From Caedimonas varicaedens (lineage in GTDB: Bacteria > Pseudomonadota > Alphaproteobacteria > Caedimonadales > Caedimonadaceae), in the NCBI GenBank assembly GCA_001192655.1, contig BBVC01000063.1:1-22120 (forward strand): a DNA stretch of 22,120 nucleotides, in the 5' to 3' direction. The notes under the pieces are model-generated. The model saw nothing but the letters and a program-made list of their open reading frames with translations. It made no database searches and was not told the DNA's origin. The position numbers were made by a program, and so were the translations under genes. Numbering within the stretch: the first letter of the stretch is position 1; each line of letters starts with the position of its first letter. Shown here piece by piece: positions 6,543 to 14,310 of the stretch.

Positions 6543-9353
6543 ATGACTGATTACAAAAACACGCTTTTTCTTCCCCAAACGCCCTTTGCCATGAAAGCAA
6601 ACCTGCGAGAACGGGAACCTCAAATTCTGAAATATTGGCAAGAGAAAAGAGTTTATAACCGCTTGAGAGAAAAAGCCAAAGGGCGTGAAAAATTCATTTT
6701 GCATGTGGGTCCCCCCTATGCCAATGGGCACATTCACGTGGGACATGCCTTTAACTTTATTTTGAAGGATATCGTAATCCGTATCCAACAACTTCTGGGA
6801 AAAGACAGTCCCATGGTTCCGGGATGGGATTGTCATGGGCTTCCCATTGAATGGAAAGTTGAAGAGGCCTATCGTGCCAAAGGGAAATCGAAAGAAGAAG
6901 TTTCATTGACGGAATTTCGGGCAGAGTGTCGAGATTTTGCCGCAAAATGGGTTGATATCCAGCGGGAAGAATTCAAGCGTCTGGGATTATTATGGGATTG
7001 GGATCATCCTTATCTGACCATGGATTATGCCGCAGAAGCTGCGACTATTGAAAAGCTTCTGGACTTTCTGAAAGATGGCAGTTTGTATAGAGGGATCAAG
7101 CCTGTCCTTTGGTCAGTTGTTGAAAAAACTGCGCTGGCTGAAGCAGAAGTCGAATATGAAGATAAGTCCTCTACTTTTGTCTACGTCCGCTTTCCTGTTG
7201 TGGTGTCATTAGGAATTCGCGCACTAATAAATGCTTCTGTTATAATCTGGACGACCACGCCCTGGACACTTCCCGGAAACCGCGCGATTTCCTATGGTCG
7301 TGAGATTTCCTATGGGCTTTACCGAATAGAGGAAATCACAGAAGACTCTCAAGCTATTCGGGGTGAAAAAGTTTTAATTGCAACAGAGAGAGTGTCTTCC
7401 TTTGCAGAAAGTGTTGGGATTAAAAAATTTACTTTGCTTCATACCCTCAAAGAACCTGATCTTGTAGGCTCACAAGTACGTCATCCGCTTCATCAACAGG
7501 GATACGATTTTCCCGTTCCGCTTATTGCGGGCGACCACGTGACCACCGAGGCAGGAACCGGTTTTGTTCACACGGCGCCGGGGCACGGACTGGAAGATTT
7601 CGATGTCTGCAAGATTCACGGCATTGAGGTTCCAGAAACAGTGGCGGAAGATGGCTCTTATTACGATCATGTCCCGCTGTTTGCTGGTCAGCATATTTTT
7701 AAAGCAGATAAAGCCATTCTTGAAGCTCTTCAGCAGGCAGGCGCCCTTATGAAGGAAGGCAGAGTCGTTCATAGTTACCCTCATTCCTGGCGCTCAAAAG
7801 CTCCTCTCATTTATCGTACGACTTCTCAATGGTTTATCAGCATGGAAAAAAACCATCTGCGACAGAAAGCGCAAGAAGCCATTGAGACTGTCCAATGGAT
7901 TCCTTCCCAGGCAAAAAATCGCATTCGAGGCATGATCGAAACAAAACCGGACTGGTGCATTTCCCGTCAACGTGCGTGGGGCGTTCCCATTGCGTTGTTT
8001 GTGGACAAGCGTACAGGGAAGCCGTTGCACGATCCCGCAGTCAATCAACGCATTTTAGAAGCCGTTTATCAGGAAGGCGCCGATGCATGGTTTGCCAGTC
8101 CGCCTGAGCGTTTCCTGGGAGAATCTCATGACCCGCAACATTTTGAGCAGGTACGGGATATTCTGGATGTATGGTTTGATGCAGGCTCTACACAATATTT
8201 TGTACTGGAAAAGCGTCCTGAGCTGGAATTCCCGGCATCTCTTTACCTTGAAGGGTCTGATCAGCACCGAGGTTGGTTCCAATCTTCCCTGCTGATTGGA
8301 TGTGTCACGCGCGGGAAAGCACCCTATAAGGCTGTCCTGACGCACGGCTTTACAGTGGATGAACAAGGCCGCAAGATGTCGAAATCTATAGGAAATACTC
8401 TTGCACCGGAAAAAATTATTGACACACTGGGGGCAGAAATTTTACGCCTCTGGGTTGTGGGTTGTGACTTTTTGGACGATTTGCGGATTGGTCCCTCGAT
8501 TCTCAAACATCAGGAAGATATTTATCGACGCTATCGAAACACGTTGCGCTATCTGTTGGGCGCTCTGGCTGGATTTCAAGAGGCAGAAATTCTTTCTGAA
8601 GAACAGATGCCGGAACTTGAACGATGGGTTCTTCATCGTCTTTACCAACTGCAACAAGCCTTTGTTGAGACTTCCAAAAACTATGAGTTGCAGGGTTTTT
8701 ATTCAGAACTTCACGCTTTTTGTGCAGTAGATCTCTCGGCCTTTTATTTTGATATCCGCAAGGATGTTTTATATTGCGATGAAGTCTCAAGCCTTCGTCG
8801 TCGCGCTACGCGCACGGTGATGGATGCTGTGTTCAGGGGCCTTGTTCATTGGCTTTCTCCTGTTTTGTGCTTCACGACAGAAGAGGCCTGGCAAGCCCGT
8901 TATGGAGAAGAACGGGACAGCTTGCAGCTTGAAACTCTTCCAGACTTTCCTGATGCCTGGCTAAACCTTGAACTTGCCAAAAGGATTGATCGTATACGCG
9001 AACAGCGGCGGCTGATCACGGGCGCCTTGGAACAAGCGCGTAGTCAGGGGTTAGTTGGCTCAAGCCTTCAGGCAGAGGTCCTGCTCTATGACCCAGAAAA
9101 TAAACTTGTGCCGAATGTAGATTTTACTGAGTTTGCCATTGTTTCAAAAGTGACCGTTATCCGTGATGTTCCGCCTGCGTCTTCCTGGCAACTGCCAGAG
9201 ATGGCGGATTTGGGGATTATTGTTCAACAGGCGCCAGGAGAAAAATGCCAACGTTGCTGGCGTGTTCTGGAAGAAGTTGGTCAACAACAACACTCTGATA
9301 TTTGTCAAAGATGCGACGAAGCTGTCAATGGACTTGCTTCTGCACAAGAATGA
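6543..9353 (+). CDS. ileS: Isoleucine--tRNA ligase (bacterial type 1, with C-terminal zinc-finger tail)
   Basis: HIGH motif (PPYANGHIHVGH), KMSKS motif (GRKMSKSIG), editing-domain signature IWTTTPWTLPGNRAI, and C-terminal CQRCW...CQRC. The ORF track starts at GTG 6537. I prefer ATG 6543, which gives MTDYKNTLFLPQT, matching typical IleS N-termini. Confidence 0.97.
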   Translation: MTDYKNTLFLPQTPFAMKANLREREPQILKYWQEKRVYNRLREKAKGREKFILHVGPPYANGHIHVGHAFNFILKDIVIRIQQLLGKDSPMVPGWDCHGLPIEWKVEEAYRAKGKSKEEVSLTEFRAECRDFAAKWVDIQREEFKRLGLLWDWDHPYLTMDYAAEAATIEKLLDFLKDGSLYRGIKPVLWSVVEKTALAEAEVEYEDKSSTFVYVRFPVVVSLGIRALINASVIIWTTTPWTLPGNRAISYGREISYGLYRIEEITEDSQAIRGEKVLIATERVSSFAESVGIKKFTLLHTLKEPDLVGSQVRHPLHQQGYDFPVPLIAGDHVTTEAGTGFVHTAPGHGLEDFDVCKIHGIEVPETVAEDGSYYDHVPLFAGQHIFKADKAILEALQQAGALMKEGRVVHSYPHSWRSKAPLIYRTTSQWFISMEKNHLRQKAQEAIETVQWIPSQAKNRIRGMIETKPDWCISRQRAWGVPIALFVDKRTGKPLHDPAVNQRILEAVYQEGADAWFASPPERFLGESHDPQHFEQVRDILDVWFDAGSTQYFVLEKRPELEFPASLYLEGSDQHRGWFQSSLLIGCVTRGKAPYKAVLTHGFTVDEQGRKMSKSIGNTLAPEKIIDTLGAEILRLWVVGCDFLDDLRIGPSILKHQEDIYRRYRNTLRYLLGALAGFQEAEILSEEQMPELERWVLHRLYQLQQAFVETSKNYELQGFYSELHAFCAVDLSAFYFDIRKDVLYCDEVSSLRRRATRTVMDAVFRGLVHWLSPVLCFTTEEAWQARYGEERDSLQLETLPDFPDAWLNLELAKRIDRIREQRRLITGALEQARSQGLVGSSLQAEVLLYDPENKLVPNVDFTEFAIVSKVTVIRDVPPASSWQLPEMADLGIIVQQAPGEKCQRCWRVLEEVGQQQHSDICQRCDEAVNGLASAQE

Positions 9354-9367
9354 GAGAAGGTAAATCC

Positions 9368-9859
9368 ATGCGTCCTTTCCCGATCAAAAATCTGTTAGTG
9401 ATTATCGTGGGAGTTATGTGGCTGGATCAGGTCACCAAGCTTTGGATCGTGAATTATTTTATTGCCCATCCCCGAAGAATACAGGTCTTGCCTATTTTAG
9501 ACTTCGTATTAGTATGGAACCGCGGTATAAGTTGGGGATTGTTTAACAACGCAAGCGGTTACAATGCGCTGGTTTTCAGTTTACTTGCCGGTGTTATTTC
9601 GATCATCTTGGGCATCATGCTATGGAAGACGAAAGACAAGCTGATGGCGTGGTCCCTAAGCCTGATTATAGGCGGGGCTCTTGGTAATCTGATCGATCGC
9701 GTTCGTTTCGGCGGCGTTGTAGACTTTATTTATTTTCATTGGCATTCTTATACTTTTCCAGCATTTAATATTGCGGATGCTGCGATTACTTTTGGAGTAG
9801 CTCTTATGATTTGGGAAGAAGTCATTCGTTTTAAGGAAGAGAAGGAAAACAGAAAATGA
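9368..9859 (+). CDS. lspA: Lipoprotein signal peptidase (signal peptidase II)
   Basis: Conserved LspA blocks: DQVTK, NRGISWG, GGALGNLIDRVRFGGVVDF, FNIADAAITFG. I prefer the start at ATG 9368, preceded by GAGAAGG. The ORF-track start at 9302 would overlap the ileS tail. Confidence 0.93.
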   Translation: MRPFPIKNLLVIIVGVMWLDQVTKLWIVNYFIAHPRRIQVLPILDFVLVWNRGISWGLFNNASGYNALVFSLLAGVISIILGIMLWKTKDKLMAWSLSLIIGGALGNLIDRVRFGGVVDFIYFHWHSYTFPAFNIADAAITFGVALMIWEEVIRFKEEKENRK

Positions 9860-10347
9860 GATCTGGTTATATTAGTATTCTAAGCCTTGTAGGAATGGGA
9901 CTCATGCTAACGTCTTGCGATCAGGCAAGACGTGGACTAGGGCTTGATCGATCAGAGCCCGATGAATTTACAGTGTGCGATCGTCCTCCTCTGAGTATGC
10001 CTCCTACAATTGATCTCAGACCTCCTGTTTCTCAACGTTCAGGAGAAACTGAAGAAAAAGTAATGCGCGAAAAAGCAGAAAAACTGGTGCTGAAAACACA
10101 GGGCTCATCAGGAAATCCTTCAGCAGCAGAAGCGAAATTGCTTCAACAGGCAAATGCAGGTCAACGTCAATCCAATATTCGGGAAGTTGTCAATGGCGAA
10201 GCAAAGGCTGCTCAACCAGAAGAAGAACTTGTTCAGAAAATTCTCTTTTGGCAAAAACCCAAACCTGAAGGAGACGTGATTGATCCCGTTAAGGAGAAGG
10301 CAAAACTGATCCAACAGGAAACAGAAGCTGTTCCCTTGACGCCATAA
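9856..10347 (+). CDS. Small lipoprotein, DUF3035-like (possibly BamF-type BAM accessory lipoprotein)
   Basis: 163 aa with a signal peptide and lipobox LTSC (Cys at about residue 21). The motif PDEFTV..RPPLSMPP...LRPP resembles the conserved core I recall for DUF3035. The rest of the protein is low-complexity and charged. ATGA overlap with lspA. Confidence 0.55.
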   Translation: MRSGYISILSLVGMGLMLTSCDQARRGLGLDRSEPDEFTVCDRPPLSMPPTIDLRPPVSQRSGETEEKVMREKAEKLVLKTQGSSGNPSAAEAKLLQQANAGQRQSNIREVVNGEAKAAQPEEELVQKILFWQKPKPEGDVIDPVKEKAKLIQQETEAVPLTP

Positions 10348-10357
10348 GGAGGTTTCA

Positions 10358-11722
10358 ATGAAGCATTTCAACCGGGTTTTGTTGTTTCTGGGGCTTGTGG
10401 GGCTAAGCGCCTTTTCGCCGCTGCAGGCAGCCGTCTATCATCCTAAAATTCATAAGCTTGCTAATGGGCTTGAAGTGATCGTGATTGAAAATCATCGTGC
10501 GCCTCTCGTCATTCATATGATGGTTTTTAAAACAGGAACGAACGATAGTCCATGGGGAAAATCAGGACTTGCTCATTATCTTGAACATCTCATGTTTAAG
10601 GGGAATCCGTCTTCAGCTGCGGGAAGAATGATGCAAGAAGTGACTCATCTGGGGGGAGATTTGAATGCCCAGACAACGTCAGAATATACTCTTTATTATG
10701 AAATTATTCCTGCGCTTCACCTTGAAACGGTTATGAAACTAGACGCCGAGCGTATGGCAAAGTTGGAAATCAATGATCAATGGGCAAAACCGGAAATCAG
10801 TGTGATTCTGGAAGAAAGGCATATGCGTATTGATAACACAGTGATGGGAAAATTCAGGGAAGAATTGGATGCCATTGATATTCGCCATCATCCGTCTCGT
10901 TTTCCTACTATTGGGTGGGAGCATGAAATCAAGGCTTATACCACAAAAGACGCACAAAATTTTTATAGGGATTGGTATGCGCCAAATAATGCTTTCCTTG
11001 TTATTGGGGGCGATATCGCATTTGACGACGCCAAAAAGCTTGCTGAGAAATATTATGGTTCTATTCCCGCAAAACACTTACCTTCAAAACTAAATATAAA
11101 AGAGCCCAAAGGTTATGAGCTTCCCCAATTTTTTGAGATGACTTCTGAAATTACGGAAGATCCTATTTATGTTGCACGATATCCTGCACCGACCTTTAAT
11201 GAAGGCGAGAAGAAGAAATTTTATGCCCTGGCTGTTCTGGAAAATCTCTTGAGTCGTCCCGTGACCGGTCGCCTTACAGAATCTCTGGTAGAAAGACAAC
11301 ATTTGGCTGTACAATTATCTGTAAATTACACAGGATTGCAGGCAGGTCCTGGTAGATTTCAACTTATGATAGCTCCTTCCCAGAAAGTCAGTCTGACCAA
11401 ACTGGAAAAAACGCTTGCCAAAGAACTTGAGAAACTTGTCAGGGATGGGGTCACAGCTGAAGAAATAGAAAATACCAAGGATTATATTCTTGCTGAACTT
11501 GTGTATACACAGGATGATATCATCAAGGCCTCACAAACATTGGCAAGTCTCTATGCTTCTGGAATGCCCATTCAAGAGATAGAATCATGGCCTGACGCTA
11601 TTAAAGCCGTCACACCTGAAGAAATTAATCAGGTATTGCGGGAAGTTTTTGCTCATCCCCAGCCCGTTGTCGGCCGTCTTGTTCCAAAAAATTCTAAAAA
11701 GAGCGGAAGGGATACAAAATGA
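10358..11722 (+). CDS. M16 family zinc metallopeptidase (pitrilysin/MPP-beta-like), catalytic subunit, secreted
   Basis: 454 aa with a signal peptide (LSAFSPLQA). Inverted zinc motif HYLEH at residues 73-77, and a distal Glu in LEERH about 76 residues downstream. AGGAGG SD 5 nt upstream of the ATG. Confidence 0.88.
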   Translation: MKHFNRVLLFLGLVGLSAFSPLQAAVYHPKIHKLANGLEVIVIENHRAPLVIHMMVFKTGTNDSPWGKSGLAHYLEHLMFKGNPSSAAGRMMQEVTHLGGDLNAQTTSEYTLYYEIIPALHLETVMKLDAERMAKLEINDQWAKPEISVILEERHMRIDNTVMGKFREELDAIDIRHHPSRFPTIGWEHEIKAYTTKDAQNFYRDWYAPNNAFLVIGGDIAFDDAKKLAEKYYGSIPAKHLPSKLNIKEPKGYELPQFFEMTSEITEDPIYVARYPAPTFNEGEKKKFYALAVLENLLSRPVTGRLTESLVERQHLAVQLSVNYTGLQAGPGRFQLMIAPSQKVSLTKLEKTLAKELEKLVRDGVTAEEIENTKDYILAELVYTQDDIIKASQTLASLYASGMPIQEIESWPDAIKAVTPEEINQVLREVFAHPQPVVGRLVPKNSKKSGRDTK

Positions 11723-13035
11723 GAGGATTTCTGAATCGACTGCTCACAGGGGGAATTTTATTTTTTTCCCTGATTTCTGCTTCTCAAGCATCTCTGAAAA
11801 TACAGGAAGTGATTTCTTCTCATGGAATTAAAGCATGGCTGGTAGAAGATCATACAATCCCTGTTATTTCTCTGCGGATGAGTTTTAAGGCGGGTGCATC
11901 CTATGTTCCTGCTGAAAAAGCAGGGCTGGTTGAAGTCCTTTCTCATATGCTTGATGAAGGCGCAGGAACATTAAATTCAAGAGAATTTAATGAAAAGCTG
12001 CAAAAACTGGCCATTGACCTGAGTTTTGAGTGTGATTCAGATGAATTTAAAATATTTTTGAAAACAACCAAAAATCACCACCAGGAAGCCTTTGATCTTT
12101 TAAAGCTCGCTTTAACGCAGCCACGATTTGATGCACGAGAATTTGAAAAAATACGCTCCGCTATCATTAGCTCTCTTAAAGTACAGGAAAAAACACCAGA
12201 TTACCTTGTGGCGAAAACTTTCAAAGAAGTTTTAATGGCGAATCATCCTTATGGGCGCTTAAGGATGGGTACAGAAGAAACTCTCAAAAAACTAACACCT
12301 CATGATCTTAAAGCGTTCGTTCAAAAAGCTTTTGCAAAAGATGCCCTAACCATTGGAGTATGTGGAGACATCACACCTCAAGAACTTAAAAAAACGCTCG
12401 ATCATATGTTTGGAGACTTGCCTGATCAATCATCCCTGCCACAAATTCCCTCCTTCGAGCATTCCTGGGATGGAGAAACAAAAATCGTTCAGACCAATTT
12501 TCCTCAAAGTCGGGCTCTTTTTGTCCAAAAGGGACTGAGCGCCAGAGATCCTGAATACATCTATATGGTCCTTTTAAATCAGATATTGGGGGGCTCTCCC
12601 ACGTCACGCTTATTTTCGCAAGTACGCGCCAGAGAAGGGTATGTCTATACTATTTCTACGTCTTCTGAAAACTATGACCATGCTTATTTCTTTCTGGGAG
12701 AACTGGGTAGCGCCAATCGTCACGTTTTATCAGCATTAAAGCTTATTCGGGAAATTTGGTCTCAGGTTAAGGAAAAAGGAGTAACACAAGCGGAGCTTGA
12801 AGAAGCCAAGTCCTATGTTGCAGGGTCTTTCGTTCTGAATTTAACATCTTCCGGCTCTATTGCAGAGCTTATCCATTATTATCAACGGTGGGGGTACCCT
12901 ATGGATTATCCCCAAAAACGCGATAAACTGATCAAAAGTGTGACGCTTGATCAGCTAAATAAATTTGCAGAAAAATTCCTGGATCCCCAGGGTCTCAGTT
13001 TTATTATCGTTGGAAAACCTGAAGCCCAAAATTAA
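11719..13035 (+). CDS. M16 family peptidase-like protein, non-catalytic partner (HxxEH lost)
   Basis: 438 aa with a signal peptide (FFSLISASQA). M16-like fold blocks are present, but the zinc motif position reads SHMLDEG rather than HxxEH. ATGA overlap with the upstream M16 gene. Confidence 0.8.
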   Translation: MRGFLNRLLTGGILFFSLISASQASLKIQEVISSHGIKAWLVEDHTIPVISLRMSFKAGASYVPAEKAGLVEVLSHMLDEGAGTLNSREFNEKLQKLAIDLSFECDSDEFKIFLKTTKNHHQEAFDLLKLALTQPRFDAREFEKIRSAIISSLKVQEKTPDYLVAKTFKEVLMANHPYGRLRMGTEETLKKLTPHDLKAFVQKAFAKDALTIGVCGDITPQELKKTLDHMFGDLPDQSSLPQIPSFEHSWDGETKIVQTNFPQSRALFVQKGLSARDPEYIYMVLLNQILGGSPTSRLFSQVRAREGYVYTISTSSENYDHAYFFLGELGSANRHVLSALKLIREIWSQVKEKGVTQAELEEAKSYVAGSFVLNLTSSGSIAELIHYYQRWGYPMDYPQKRDKLIKSVTLDQLNKFAEKFLDPQGLSFIIVGKPEAQN

Positions 13036-13058
13036 AATTTATCAAAGAAAGATTTAAA

Positions 13059-14306
13059 ATGGCGATACATTCTATTTCCATGCTTCTCTCTGATGTCCTG
13101 CATGAATGGACATTATCTCCTGAATATGTGTCTCTTTTGGAAAAAGCAATCGCAGGGTTTGAAGAAATTCAACAAGAGCAAAAAAAGGGACAACACCCTT
13201 TTTTGGATAGTGTCTATAAATCTGATGATCTTATTTTTATAGGGGAAATAGCTCACAAATGGTGTCAGGATTTCAAGACGCTGGTTGTCCTGGGAACAGG
13301 AGGGTCGAGTCTGGGCGCCCAGACTCTTTGCGCTCTTAAACAATCGGTTTTTCATCAGACGTCTTCCTGTCGCGTCCTTTTTATGGACAACATTGATCCC
13401 CACACATTTGAAAGTTTATTTTCTTCTCTGGACTTTCAGAAGACGGGATTTTTAGCTATTTCCAAATCAGGAACGACGGCTGAAACATTATGTCAATTGT
13501 TAACCGTTCTTCCCCGATATACGCTTCCTGAGATGAAGAAACATATTTTCATTCTGACCGAACCCAAACTCTCTCCCTTACGTCAAATTGCGGAACAGTA
13601 TGGACTGGAGTGCTTCGATCATCCCCTGGGTGTAGGCGGTCGTTTTTCTGTCTTTGCGAATGTGGGACTTTTGCCCTCTGCTATTGCGGGCATCGATATA
13701 AAGCGGGTGCGTCAAGGAGCTTGTCAGGTTTTGGACAATCCTCTCTCTGCTCTTGAGGGAGCTGTTTTGACAGTGATGGCAGCTTATAAAGGATATTCTC
13801 AAAATGTTCTGATGCCCTATATAGATCGCCTTTATTACTTTACTTTCTGGTTTCGCCAACTATGGGCAGAAAGCCTTGGGAAAAAAGGACAGGGAACAAC
13901 GCCGTTGAATGCCCTGGGAACAGTCGATCAACACAGTCAGCTGCAACTCTATTTGGACGGGCCGCGTGACAAGTTTTTTACACTTATTTGTACAAATGTT
14001 CAGCAGAAGGGAATGAAAGTTGAAATCCCCCAAGGCATCAAGGATCTAGATTATTTCTCTCAAAAAACAATGGGAGACTTGATGATCGCCGAACAAAGAG
14101 CGACAGCTGAAACACTGATGAATAAAAAGTGTCCCACAAGGATTTTTTCTATCCCTGAGCTGAATGAAGAAGTTATGGGAGAACTTTTGATGTATTATAT
14201 GCTTGAAACGATGATTGCGGCTAAATTATTGAACATCAATGCTTTTGACCAGCCTGCGGTAGAAGAAGGAAAAATTCTAACTCGCACTTATTTAAAGGGT
14301 AATTAA
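13059..14306 (+). CDS. pgi: Glucose-6-phosphate isomerase, short form
   Basis: 415 aa. SIS/PGI signatures: LGTGGSSLG, ISKSGTTAET, GGRFSV, catalytic-Glu block AESLGK, catalytic-His block GTVDQHSQLQLYLDG, and C-terminal NAFDQPAVE. Confidence 0.87.
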   Translation: MAIHSISMLLSDVLHEWTLSPEYVSLLEKAIAGFEEIQQEQKKGQHPFLDSVYKSDDLIFIGEIAHKWCQDFKTLVVLGTGGSSLGAQTLCALKQSVFHQTSSCRVLFMDNIDPHTFESLFSSLDFQKTGFLAISKSGTTAETLCQLLTVLPRYTLPEMKKHIFILTEPKLSPLRQIAEQYGLECFDHPLGVGGRFSVFANVGLLPSAIAGIDIKRVRQGACQVLDNPLSALEGAVLTVMAAYKGYSQNVLMPYIDRLYYFTFWFRQLWAESLGKKGQGTTPLNALGTVDQHSQLQLYLDGPRDKFFTLICTNVQQKGMKVEIPQGIKDLDYFSQKTMGDLMIAEQRATAETLMNKKCPTRIFSIPELNEEVMGELLMYYMLETMIAAKLLNINAFDQPAVEEGKILTRTYLKGN

Positions 14307-14310
14307 AACA

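Noticed and set aside
6513-6836. 107-aa minus-strand ORF spanning the ileS start, plus the many 60-110 aa ORFs inside ileS, the M16 genes, pgi, mutL and ppiD listed in the track
   Set aside because: All overlap high-confidence CDSs in antisense or shifted frames. I judge them spurious.
9302-9367. ORF-track N-terminal extension of lspA (start at 9302) that overlaps the end of ileS by 52 nt
   Set aside because: The extension (MSKMRRSCQWTCFCTRMREGKS) is the out-of-frame reading of the ileS zinc-finger tail. ATG 9368 has a proper SD (GAGAAGG) and gives a typical LspA N-terminus.
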